From a virus, in the UHGV virus genome UHGV-0148165: DNA of 64,000 bases; one strand, 5' to 3'. Each line of letters opens with the position of its first letter. Position 1 is the first letter of the stretch. The translations under genes and the position numbers were made by a program. Positions 52,837 to 62,309 of the stretch are shown here, one piece after another. Under the pieces are notes generated by a model. The model ran no database searches and had not been told where the DNA came from. It was given only the letters and a program-made list of their open reading frames with translations.

Positions 52837-53059
52837 TTTCATGGCATCAATTTGAACATCTCAAAGGATTGATTTATGAATCCGAGATGGCAGCAATGAT
52901 TTATGGACGTCAGATTCAACGATTAGAATCTTTACCTCCAACTAATGATGTTTTATTAGCTCAATCACGTGCTAATCTTAAAAATGAATACCAAAATAAG
53001 TGGGGTAAAGCATCTAAAGACCTGCATGATTATATTCAATCATTGGTTGAGAAAAATAA

Positions 53060-53063
<4 letters not shown>
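52833..53063 (+). CDS. hypothetical protein, 76 aa
   Basis: start overlaps upstream stop. Confidence 0.45.
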
Positions 53064-54264
<1,201 letters not shown>

Positions 54265-54328
54265 TGGCTTGGCACCATGAAACTTGGGATATTATTAATT
54301 GGCTTGAAGAAAATTATGTGAGGTAAAT

Positions 54329-54604
54329 ATGTTTCCGACTTATTCTAAAATCGTAGAAGTAGTGTTTAGCCAAATTATTGCTAATAATATGTTTGAAAAA
54401 CTTGATAATGCAGCTGAGCTTCGAATCCATGCTCAAGTGACTCATGTATTGAACACTTTGCTTCCAGACCAGGTGGATTCTGTTGCCATCACGTTGTATC
54501 CAGGTTCCGCGCATATCATTGTCGTATTTGGTCTTGATGCTGAGCTAGTTATCAAAGGCGATATTCGTTTTGAATCGCAGACAGCAGAATTCAAAGCAAT
54601 TTAA
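54329..54604 (+). CDS. hypothetical protein, 91 aa
   Basis: complete ORF after pseT. Confidence 0.45.
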   Translation: MFPTYSKIVEVVFSQIIANNMFEKLDNAAELRIHAQVTHVLNTLLPDQVDSVAITLYPGSAHIIVVFGLDAELVIKGDIRFESQTAEFKAI

Positions 54605-54606
54605 TA

Positions 54607-54645
54607 GTTTACTTTACGGTAGAGTTGTGATATTATAGCTCTACC
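54607..54645 (+). promoter_or_regulatory. T4 early-type promoter with -10 embedded in a 7-bp inverted repeat
   Basis: GTTTAC 54607-54612, TATTAT 54631-54636, flanked by GGTAGAG 54618-54624 and CTCTACC 54639-54645. Confidence 0.55.
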
Positions 54646-54665
54646 AAACAAATGAGGAAAACAAA

Positions 54666-54905
54666 ATGCTGCTAAGTGAAAAACCGATTACTGTTAAAGA
54701 ATTCCAAGAAAAAGTTAAGCTATTTGCGCAGGAATTGGTAAATAAGGTTTCTGAACGATTTCCTGAAACATCGGTTCGTGTTATTACCGAAACTCCTCGT
54801 TCAGTATTAGTAATTGTGAATCCAGGTGATGGCGATCAAATATCGCATCTTAAATTAGATTTTGATGGATTAGTTGAAGCACAAAGGGTGTATGGCGTAC
54901 TATGA
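54666..54905 (+). CDS. hypothetical protein, 79 aa
   Basis: ATG after GAGGAAAACAAA. Confidence 0.45.
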   Translation: MLLSEKPITVKEFQEKVKLFAQELVNKVSERFPETSVRVITETPRSVLVIVNPGDGDQISHLKLDFDGLVEAQRVYGVL

Positions 54906-55240
54906 TGAATTTAACTGATATAATTGATAATTGTCTTGAAAATGATACTGGCGATCATAGAGCGCTTGATTCTGAAACAGCACAGTTCATTAGAATAACT
55001 TTAATGAATGATACTCTAGTGAATAGTATTCATCCTTCTGTGTATGATGCTATTATTGTGACGAAGTATCCAGTTGAGCTTCACAAAAAGATGACTGGCG
55101 CAGTTTTTATTGATAAGAAAAACCGCTTTAAAGATGGGCTGAATATAATTACTTCTGTTGTTAAAAGTATAACTAAACTTCGTCACGAAATTTATCGCGT
55201 TGAAACTGCTAAATCTGCTTATCTGGTGATTATGAAATGA
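54902..55240 (+). CDS. hypothetical protein, 112 aa
   Basis: start overlaps upstream stop; stop overlaps cd start. Confidence 0.45.
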   Translation: MMNLTDIIDNCLENDTGDHRALDSETAQFIRITLMNDTLVNSIHPSVYDAIIVTKYPVELHKKMTGAVFIDKKNRFKDGLNIITSVVKSITKLRHEIYRVETAKSAYLVIMK

Positions 55241-55818
55241 AAGCGAGTACAGTACTTCAAATTGCATATTTAGTATCACAGGAATCAAAATGTTGCTCCT
55301 GGAAGGTAGGAGCAGTAATTGAAAAGAATGGACGTATTATTTCTACCGGATATAATGGTTCACCCGCAGGGGGTGTGAACTGTTGTGATTATGCTGCTGA
55401 GCAAGGTTGGTTGTTGAATAAGCCTAAACATACTATCATTCAAGGTCATAAGCCTGAATGCGTATCATTTGGTTCAACTGATCGTTTTGTTTTGGCGAAA
55501 GAACATCGTAGCGCTCACTCTGAATGGTCGTCTAAAAATGAAATTCATGCTGAACTAAATGCAATTTTGTTTGCTGCACGAAATGGTTCTTCTATTGAAG
55601 GTGCTACTATGTATGTAACACTTTCTCCTTGCCCAGATTGTGCAAAAGCGATAGCTCAATCTGGCATTAAAAAGCTGGTTTATTGCGAAACATACGATAA
55701 AAATAAACCTGGCTGGGATGATATTCTGCGAAATGCAGGTATTGAAGTGTTTAATGTTCCTAAGAAAAACTTGAATAAGTTAAACTGGGAAAATATCAAC
55801 GAATTCTGTGGTGAATAA
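55237..55818 (+). CDS. cd: dCMP deaminase, 193 aa
   Basis: zinc-binding deaminase motifs HAELNA and SPCPDCAKAI; length matches T4 Cd. Confidence 0.85.
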   Translation: MKASTVLQIAYLVSQESKCCSWKVGAVIEKNGRIISTGYNGSPAGGVNCCDYAAEQGWLLNKPKHTIIQGHKPECVSFGSTDRFVLAKEHRSAHSEWSSKNEIHAELNAILFAARNGSSIEGATMYVTLSPCPDCAKAIAQSGIKKLVYCETYDKNKPGWDDILRNAGIEVFNVPKKNLNKLNWENINEFCGE

Positions 55819-56054
55819 TGAAATTTCGTTTGGTAAAGCTCACAGCAATTAGTTCTTATTCTAACGAGAACATCTCATTTGCTGTAGAGTTTAAGAAATA
55901 TTTTTTCTCTAAATGGAAACAGTATTATAAAACTGATTGGACTAGTATTGATAGACCATATAGTTGGAAATCTGATTTAGAAAAATGCCAAAAATTACTT
56001 TCCACCCTTAAAGAACGTGGAACAACTCATATTAAAACTGTGATAGGTAAATAA
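55818..56054 (+). CDS. hypothetical protein, 78 aa
   Basis: start overlaps cd stop. Confidence 0.45.
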   Translation: MKFRLVKLTAISSYSNENISFAVEFKKYFFSKWKQYYKTDWTSIDRPYSWKSDLEKCQKLLSTLKERGTTHIKTVIGK

Positions 56055-56363
56055 ATGAAACTGACAACTGAGCAGAAAGTAGCAATTCGTGAAATTTTGA
56101 AAACTAAATTGTCTATGGGTGTTTCAAACGTAGTTTTTGAAAAGTCTGATGGTACTATTCGTACTATGAAAGGTACTCGTGATGCAGACTTTATGCCAAC
56201 CATGCAAACTGGCAAATTGACTGAATCTACTCGGAAAGAATCTACTGACATGATTCCAGTATTTGATGTTGAACTTGGTGCATGGCGAGGTTTTTCTATT
56301 GACAAATTGATTTCTGTTAATGGTATGAAAGTTGAGCATTTGCTCCAATTTATTGGTAAATAA
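56055..56363 (+). CDS. hypothetical protein, 102 aa
   Basis: start adjacent to upstream stop. Confidence 0.45.
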   Translation: MKLTTEQKVAIREILKTKLSMGVSNVVFEKSDGTIRTMKGTRDADFMPTMQTGKLTESTRKESTDMIPVFDVELGAWRGFSIDKLISVNGMKVEHLLQFIGK

Positions 56364-56419
56364 ATGCTTTAAGAATTATTTGTTATTATTAATTCATCTG
56401 TTAACAAAAAGGAAAAACG

Positions 56420-56755
56420 ATGTCTGAAGTACAACAGCTACCAATTCGTGCTGTCGGTGAATATGTTATTTTAGTTTCTGAACCTGCACAAGCCGGTGAT
56501 GAAGAAGTTACAGAATCAGGACTTATTATCGGTAAACGTGTTCAAGGTGAAGTTCCTGAACTGTGTGTAGTTCACTCTGTCGGTCCTGATGTTCCTGAAG
56601 GTTTCTGCGAAGTTGGTGATTTGACTTCTCTTCCAGTTGGTCAAATTCGAAATGTTCCGCATCCTTTTGTAGCTCTGGGTCTTAAGCAGCCAAAAGAAAT
56701 TAAACAAAAATTCGTTACTTGTCACTATAAAGCTATTCCATGTCTTTATAAGTGA
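56420..56755 (+). CDS. 31: co-chaperonin gp31 (GroES-like), 111 aa
   Basis: [40 protein letters not shown]... matches T4 gp31 as recalled. Confidence 0.85.
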
Positions 56756-56763
56756 TATAAATA
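56756..56763 (+). promoter_or_regulatory. late promoter TATAAATA upstream of rIII
   Basis: exact TATAAATA directly after gene 31 stop. Confidence 0.4.
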
Positions 56764-56902
56764 ATAATATGAATTGGGTGTCGGAATAATAAGTTAACCG
56801 AACAATTCTATGTGGTAGTCTACAACTGAGAGATCTGTCGAAAGAAGATGAAATTCAGAAGAACGTGACTACCGAGTTTTAATCTCTAACGAGAATTTTT
56901 AA

Positions 56903-57151
56903 ATGATTAAACAATTACAACACGCTCTTGAACTGCAACGAAACGCATGGAATAATGGTCACGAAAACTATGGCGCATCTATTGATGTTGAAGCCGAAGC
57001 TCTTGAAATCCTGCGTTATTTCAAACATCTGAATCCTGCTCAAACTGCATTAGCTGCTGAGCTTCAGGAAAAAGATGAACTTAAATATGCTAAGCCTTTG
57101 GCTTCTGCTGCACGAAAAGCAGTTCGTCACTTTGTGGTAACACTGAAGTAA
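56903..57151 (+). CDS. rIII: rIII lysis-inhibition accessory protein, 82 aa
   Basis: 82 aa, position between 31 and 30 block as in T4. Confidence 0.65.
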   Translation: MIKQLQHALELQRNAWNNGHENYGASIDVEAEALEILRYFKHLNPAQTALAAELQEKDELKYAKPLASAARKAVRHFVVTLK

Positions 57152-57270
57152 TTATGATGACGGGTTTATGGTTATCCTGGTCGTTAAATATCCAAAACCT
57201 ATGTTCCCCTTGAGGGCTTGCGCAGGCAATGCCAATAAGTCCTGCATTTTCATTTAAAAGAGAATTTATA

Positions 57271-57447
57271 ATGGCAAAACAAGCTAAAGCAAAGAAAGCA
57301 GTTGAAAAGAAAGTTGGTGATTCTAAACGCGCTGGCTACAAGCGTGGGTCGAACTCTCGTATCAATCAAACTGTTGAGAAGATCATGCGCCGAGCACGTG
57401 CGGTTCTTCGAGATGATGCTTCTCGTTTTGGTAAGCAGAAAGCATAA
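57271..57447 (+). CDS. small basic hypothetical protein, 58 aa
   Basis: ATG 57271 (track ORF 57229 starts upstream); Lys/Arg-rich MAKQAKAKKAVEKKVGDSKRAGYKRG. Confidence 0.4.
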   Translation: MAKQAKAKKAVEKKVGDSKRAGYKRGSNSRINQTVEKIMRRARAVLRDDASRFGKQKA

Positions 57448-57450
57448 GTT

Positions 57451-57476
57451 GAGGACTCCTTCGGGAGTCCTTTTTT
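57451..57476 (+). terminator. intrinsic terminator, identical copy of the hairpin after soc
   Basis: AGGACTCC-TTCG-GGAGTCCT followed by TTTTTT; same 25-mer as 4178-4202. Confidence 0.65.
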
Positions 57477-57500
57477 ATTTTCCAAAGATTGCACAAAGTT

Positions 57501-57530
57501 GTTTACAGTACGGTTCCTTTGTGATAGTAT
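57501..57530 (+). promoter_or_regulatory. T4 early-type promoter
   Basis: GTTTAC 57501-57506, 18-nt spacer, TAGTAT 57525-57530. Confidence 0.5.
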
Positions 57531-57557
57531 TATCTTACACAAACAAAGGAGAATAAA

Positions 57558-57890
57558 ATGAAAACTATTAATCTGAACGCTACAGTTAAAACTAAATGTT
57601 TCAATGGTAAATATAATGAAACTATGTGGTTCTTAATGGCAGTTGAAGGTGATATTATTGAAGTAGAAACAACAGAAGGTATGGGAACAGATTTCACCTT
57701 TACAATTCAAGTTCATAATTTCTTTACTGGTTGGATTTATGAATTGAATACAGTAATCGTTGGAAAAATTGAACAAAATGAATTAGGTGAATGGTATTAT
57801 GTTACAGCTCGCCAACGTGCTGAACGCTTAATTGAGAAAATGAAAAAAGTTGGTAAACTTGACATGCAGCATTGGAAAGTAGTAAAATAA
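57558..57890 (+). CDS. hypothetical protein, 110 aa
   Basis: ATG after AAGGAGAATAAA. Confidence 0.5.
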   Translation: MKTINLNATVKTKCFNGKYNETMWFLMAVEGDIIEVETTEGMGTDFTFTIQVHNFFTGWIYELNTVIVGKIEQNELGEWYYVTARQRAERLIEKMKKVGKLDMQHWKVVK

Positions 57891-57892
57891 TT

Positions 57893-57932
57893 GTTTACTT
57901 TGGTACAGGACATGATATTATATACCTGTACC
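57893..57932 (+). promoter_or_regulatory. T4 early-type promoter with -10 embedded in an 8-bp inverted repeat
   Basis: GTTTAC 57893-57898, TATTAT 57916-57921, flanked by GGTACAGG 57902-57909 and CCTGTACC 57925-57932. Confidence 0.55.
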
Positions 57933-57957
57933 GCAATTAAACATCTTGGAGAATAAA

Positions 57958-58323
57958 ATGAACTACATTAACTTTGAACGTAAATATGTTTCTAATGGTA
58001 TTGCAGGTTCTATTGATACCATCTGCCTTTGGAAACATCAAAACGGATCAGTATGCGAAATCGATCAGTATATGACTCCTAACTACGTTTATATGCGATT
58101 TGAAAACGGTATCACGGTTTCAATCACAATGGAAGGTTCCAACTTTAAAATCGCTCTGGATGATGATTTCCGTCAACGCGATTTAGGGACTCATCCTTGC
58201 TGGAATGGTGCTAATCGTAAACTCTTAGTTAAAACTTGGATTCGTCATATTCTGAGTAACAGAGCTAAACCTGAGCATCTTGAAGCAATCTTTGATGTAG
58301 TTCTTAACGAATTTGATATTTAA
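57958..58323 (+). CDS. hypothetical protein, 121 aa
   Basis: ATG 57958 after GGAGAATAAA (track starts at TTG 57946). Confidence 0.5.
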   Translation: MNYINFERKYVSNGIAGSIDTICLWKHQNGSVCEIDQYMTPNYVYMRFENGITVSITMEGSNFKIALDDDFRQRDLGTHPCWNGANRKLLVKTWIRHILSNRAKPEHLEAIFDVVLNEFDI

Positions 58324-58333
58324 AATAAAATGA

Positions 58334-58347
58334 GGGGCTTCGGGCCC
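58334..58347 (+). other. UUCG-tetraloop RNA hairpin in 5' leader (no T-run)
   Basis: GGGGC-TTCG-GGCCCC-like stem-loop between two ORFs. Confidence 0.45.
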
Positions 58348-58365
58348 CTTACTGAGGAAAATATT

Positions 58366-58653
58366 ATGTTTATGACTACTTATTTTGATACTCGCAAAAA
58401 TTTCTGTGAAGTGGTTTTCTCAAAGGCACCTAAAGACCTTCCTGCACATTTGCAACCTACTAGCGAATCGATTAAAAACTACGTTGATGCGGTTTGTCCT
58501 TTAGAGTTTCGTACTGTAAATGGGCACGATACTTTAGCTATCACTAAACTCAATCGTGAAATTGACATTGACCCTTCAATTGCGCGCGAAATTAATATTT
58601 CTGATATTGGTGGCGGTAATGTTAAATCGCATGGTTTTCAGATGAGGTTCTAA
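58366..58653 (+). CDS. hypothetical protein, 95 aa
   Basis: ATG 58366 after GAGGAAAATATT; upstream in-frame ATG 58330 runs through the hairpin and lacks SD. Confidence 0.45.
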   Translation: MFMTTYFDTRKNFCEVVFSKAPKDLPAHLQPTSESIKNYVDAVCPLEFRTVNGHDTLAITKLNREIDIDPSIAREINISDIGGGNVKSHGFQMRF

Positions 58654-58850
58654 TGAAATTCTTTTTAGGTCAAACTGTTGAATTAAAGGGAGTTGGTATA
58701 CCTGGATTAATTTCTAAGGTTTTACCTCCATTTAAATGGAGTGGTATTCAAATAAAAGAGGCTTATATTGTTTCCTGGGTAGATGGAAATGAAGACCTTC
58801 GTATGGGTGATGAATTATCTCCTATCTACGGATTAAAGGAATTAGTATGA
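58653..58850 (+). CDS. hypothetical protein, 65 aa
   Basis: start overlaps upstream stop. Confidence 0.45.
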   Translation: MKFFLGQTVELKGVGIPGLISKVLPPFKWSGIQIKEAYIVSWVDGNEDLRMGDELSPIYGLKELV

Positions 58851-59053
58851 ATATAATTAATAAGATTTTTGGAATTCAGTACATTAAGGTCACATATAAA
58901 GTAACAGATAAAAATCCATATACCGATGAACATGAAGAACCACAAATTGAGTCTATTATATTAGAAAAAGGCAGTGACTGGCCAGTTGAATTTCGTCTTC
59001 CTTGCTATGGTCATTGGGCTGATGTTGAAATTATAAGCATTGAAAATGTCTGA
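58847..59053 (+). CDS. hypothetical protein, 68 aa
   Basis: start overlaps upstream stop. Confidence 0.45.
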   Translation: MNIINKIFGIQYIKVTYKVTDKNPYTDEHEEPQIESIILEKGSDWPVEFRLPCYGHWADVEIISIENV

Positions 59054-59504
59054 GTTAGAGATTAGAAGCAATTTTAAGTGGCCATCATGTGCATTAAGTA
59101 ATTTCGCTCAATGGCCTTTCGTTATGGATGGTATTCAATTTGGAGGTCTAGAAGGATTCCTTCAAGGGTGCAAGGTGAAAAATGTTGAACAACAACGTCG
59201 TATATTTGGGTTATCAGGGCTTGCCGCTCAACAAGCTGGAAGGTCTTATGCTAGAGCTCAGGACCGTGGGACCCTCTTCTGGCTTGGAGTTCCGTTTTCA
59301 AGATACTCCCCGGCGTGGAAAGAATTATACACAAATGCATATTTTGAAGCAGCGATCCAAAACAAGGGCTTTCGTGATGCATTACAAGCCTCGAAAGGAA
59401 AAGTTTTGAAGCACAGCATGGCTAGTGGTCTAACAAAAGATGATACAATACTAACCGAAGCTGAATTTATTGATGTGTTAAACCTATTAAGAGACTCTCT
59501 ATGA
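59046..59504 (+). CDS. hypothetical protein, 152 aa; possible NADAR/YbiA-like (DUF1768) fold
   Basis: ATG 59046 (track starts at TTG 59040); motif pattern NFKWPSCALSNFAQWPF...GLEGFLQGCK; assignment tentative. Confidence 0.4.
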   Translation: MSELEIRSNFKWPSCALSNFAQWPFVMDGIQFGGLEGFLQGCKVKNVEQQRRIFGLSGLAAQQAGRSYARAQDRGTLFWLGVPFSRYSPAWKELYTNAYFEAAIQNKGFRDALQASKGKVLKHSMASGLTKDDTILTEAEFIDVLNLLRDSL

Positions 59505-60346
59505 AGCCTACTATTTTAACTGATATCGATGGAGTATGTTTAAGCTGGCAATCAGGCCTTCCTTATTTTGCTCAGAAATATAATCTTCCGTTGGAACATA
59601 TTTTAAAAATGATCCAGGATGAAAAATTTATTTCACCTGGTAAACTTTTTAATTGTGATGAAGAACTTGGTGTCAAGTTAATTGAAAAATACAATCGATC
59701 AGATTTTATTCGTTACTTGTCTCCATATAAAGATGCTCTGTGTGTAATTAACAAATTAAAAGAAGATTATAATTTTGTTGCTGTTACAGCATTGGGTGAT
59801 TCTATTGATGCTCTGCTGAATCGTCAATTTAATTTGAATGCTCTTTTTCCTGGTGCCTTCTCAGAAGTACTGATGTGTGGTCATGATTCTTCAAAAGAAG
59901 AGTTGTTCAAAAAGGCAAAAGAGAAATATAACGTAATTTGTTATATTGACGATCTCGCTCACCACTGCGATCATGCGAGTGAAATATTAAATGTGCCTGT
60001 TTATTGGATGGCTCGAGGGGAGCGTGACAGTATTCCAAAAACTGCACAGCGTGTTTATACATGGAATGATGTAGAGAATAAGCTTTTTCCATTGAAGGAA
60101 AATAAAGAAAGTTTTGATAGTGAAAAAGCTATAAAAGATGTAATTGAGAAGATGATTAAAAACGATTCTTTTCGTTGGAACACTACCTGGAGAACTCCTG
60201 GATTTAATCCTTATAATCCATATTATCTATATCATCCATATCAGACGCATCCGTTTCAGACATGGAACTATATTAAACCCGGTGGCATAGAGTATTTGTA
60301 TAATAGACCTACTGGTGCTAATAATATTTTCCAAGGAGCATTCTAA
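59501..60346 (+). CDS. HAD-superfamily phosphatase-like protein, 281 aa, aromatic-rich C-terminal tail
   Basis: HAD motif I ILTDIDGVCL at N-terminus; C-terminus NPYNPYYLYHPYQTHPFQTWNY. Confidence 0.5.
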   Translation: MKPTILTDIDGVCLSWQSGLPYFAQKYNLPLEHILKMIQDEKFISPGKLFNCDEELGVKLIEKYNRSDFIRYLSPYKDALCVINKLKEDYNFVAVTALGDSIDALLNRQFNLNALFPGAFSEVLMCGHDSSKEELFKKAKEKYNVICYIDDLAHHCDHASEILNVPVYWMARGERDSIPKTAQRVYTWNDVENKLFPLKENKESFDSEKAIKDVIEKMIKNDSFRWNTTWRTPGFNPYNPYYLYHPYQTHPFQTWNYIKPGGIEYLYNRPTGANNIFQGAF

Positions 60347-60615
60347 TGTTTGTTGTTCACACTATTTATGAAAATGAAGGTAATACTACACGTGATTACG
60401 GTCACGTAAATCAATTTTTTAGATGCAATCCAGAATTCCGAGCTCAAAAAGACGAACGAATTTTTAAAAAATGTGTAGAGCAAGGTTTCATTTACGTCAA
60501 GCATTGGATGCAAGGAAATAAAGTTAGAACCACGTACCACAGGTCTTTGCCTGAGCTTAATGATGAATTGATTTATAATAGAGCTGTAAACCAAACCTTG
60601 AAGGATGAGCAATGA
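60346..60615 (+). CDS. hypothetical protein, 89 aa
   Basis: start overlaps upstream stop; stop overlaps ligase start. Confidence 0.45.
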   Translation: MFVVHTIYENEGNTTRDYGHVNQFFRCNPEFRAQKDERIFKKCVEQGFIYVKHWMQGNKVRTTYHRSLPELNDELIYNRAVNQTLKDEQ

Positions 60616-62075
60616 TTCTTAAAATTCTGAATGAAATAGCATCTATTGGTTCAACTAAGCAGAAGCAAGCAATTCTTGAAAAGAATAAAGATAATGAATT
60701 GCTTAAACGGGTATATCGTCTGACTTATTCTCGCGGGTTACAGTATTATATCAAGAAATGGCCTAAACCTGGTATTGCTACCCAGAGTTTTGGAATGCTG
60801 ACTATTACTGATATGCTTGACTTCATTGAATTCACGTTAGCTACTCGGAAATTGACTGGAAATGCGGCAATTGAGGAATTAACTGGATATATCACCGATG
60901 GTAAAAAAGATGATGTTGAAGTTTTGCGTCGGGTGATGATGCGAGACCTTGAATGTGGTGCTTCAGTATCTATTGCAAACAAAGTTTGGCCAGGTTTAAT
61001 TCCTGAACAACCTCAAATGCTCGCAAGTTCTTATGATGAAAAAGGCATTAATAAGAATATCAAATTTCCAGCCTTTGCCCAGTTAAAAGCTGATGGAGCT
61101 CGGTGTTTTGCTGAAGTTAGAGGTGATGAATTAGATGATGTTCGTCTTTTATCACGAGCTGGTAATGAATATCTAGGATTAGATCTTCTTAAAGAAGAGT
61201 TAATCAAAATGACCGCAGAAGCCCGCCAGATTCATCCAGAAGGTGTGTTAATTGATGGCGAATTGGTATACCATGAGCAAGTTAAAAAGGAGCCAGAAGG
61301 CCTAGATTTTCTTTTTGATGCTTATCCTGAAAACAGTAAAGCTAAAGAATTCGCCGAAGTAGCTGAATCACGTACTGCATCTAATGGCATCGCCAATAAA
61401 TCTTTAAAGGGAACCATTTCTGAAAAAGAAGCACAATGCATGAAGTTTCAGGTCTGGGATTATGTCCCGTTGGTAGAAATATACGGTCTTCCTGCATTTC
61501 GTTTGAAATATGATGTACGTTTTTCTAAACTAGAACAAATGACATCAGGCTATGATAAAGTAATTTTAATTGAAAACCAGGTAGTAAATAACCTAGACGA
61601 AGCCAAGGTAATTTATAAAAAGTATATTGACCAAGGTCTTGAAGGTATTATTCTCAAAAATATCGATGGATTATGGGAAAATGCTCGTTCAAAAAATCTC
61701 TATAAATTTAAAGAAGTAATTGATGTTGATTTAAAAATTGTAGGAATTTATCCTCACCGTAAAGACCCTACTAAAGCAGGTGGATTTATTCTTGAGTCAG
61801 AGTGTGGAAAAATTAAAGTAAATGCTGGTTCAGGCTTAAAAGATAAAGCCGGTGTAAAATCGCATGAACTTGACCGTACTCGCATTATGGAAAACCAAAA
61901 TTATTATATTGGAAAAATTCTAGAGTGCGAATGCAACGGTTGGTTAAAATCTGATGGCCGCACTGATTACGTTAAATTATTTCTTCCGATTGCGATTCGT
62001 TTGCGTGAAGATAAAACTAAAGCTAATACATTCGAGGATGTATTTGGTGATTTTCATGAGGTAACTGGTTTATGA
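60612..62075 (+). CDS. 30: ATP-dependent DNA ligase gp30, 487 aa
   Basis: adenylation motif I KADGARCF (KxDG); length identical to T4 DNA ligase. Confidence 0.9.
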   Translation: MILKILNEIASIGSTKQKQAILEKNKDNELLKRVYRLTYSRGLQYYIKKWPKPGIATQSFGMLTITDMLDFIEFTLATRKLTGNAAIEELTGYITDGKKDDVEVLRRVMMRDLECGASVSIANKVWPGLIPEQPQMLASSYDEKGINKNIKFPAFAQLKADGARCFAEVRGDELDDVRLLSRAGNEYLGLDLLKEELIKMTAEARQIHPEGVLIDGELVYHEQVKKEPEGLDFLFDAYPENSKAKEFAEVAESRTASNGIANKSLKGTISEKEAQCMKFQVWDYVPLVEIYGLPAFRLKYDVRFSKLEQMTSGYDKVILIENQVVNNLDEAKVIYKKYIDQGLEGIILKNIDGLWENARSKNLYKFKEVIDVDLKIVGIYPHRKDPTKAGGFILESECGKIKVNAGSGLKDKAGVKSHELDRTRIMENQNYYIGKILECECNGWLKSDGRTDYVKLFLPIAIRLREDKTKANTFEDVFGDFHEVTGL

Positions 62076-62260
62076 AAGCTTACTTAGAAACAATTGTCAT
62101 TGCTCAAAAAGAAGGTGGAGATGTTTCTACTTCTGTATCACAAGTCATTCTCGAATTTGTAGATGCATACGCTTATAATAAATTCACAGAAACATTTGAT
62201 GCCTATGAAAAAGGTCCAAAGTTTGAAATATACCGTACTCTCTTACCACTAGATTATTAA
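62072..62260 (+). CDS. hypothetical protein, 62 aa
   Basis: ATGA overlap with ligase stop; followed by hairpin and late promoter. Confidence 0.4.
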   Translation: MKAYLETIVIAQKEGGDVSTSVSQVILEFVDAYAYNKFTETFDAYEKGPKFEIYRTLLPLDY

Positions 62261-62276
62261 AGGCCTTCGGGCCTTT
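62259..62276 (+). terminator. UUCG-tetraloop hairpin after the ligase operon (weak T-run)
   Basis: AAAGGCC-TTCG-GGCCTTT; the AGGCC-TTCG-GGCCTTT core also occurs at 14581-14596. Confidence 0.45.
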
Positions 62277-62281
62277 AATTT

Positions 62282-62289
62282 TATAAATA
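62282..62289 (+). promoter_or_regulatory. late promoter TATAAATA upstream of alt
   Basis: exact TATAAATA 21 nt upstream of alt ATG. Confidence 0.5.
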
Positions 62290-62309
62290 GAATAAACACT
62301 AGAGAGGCT

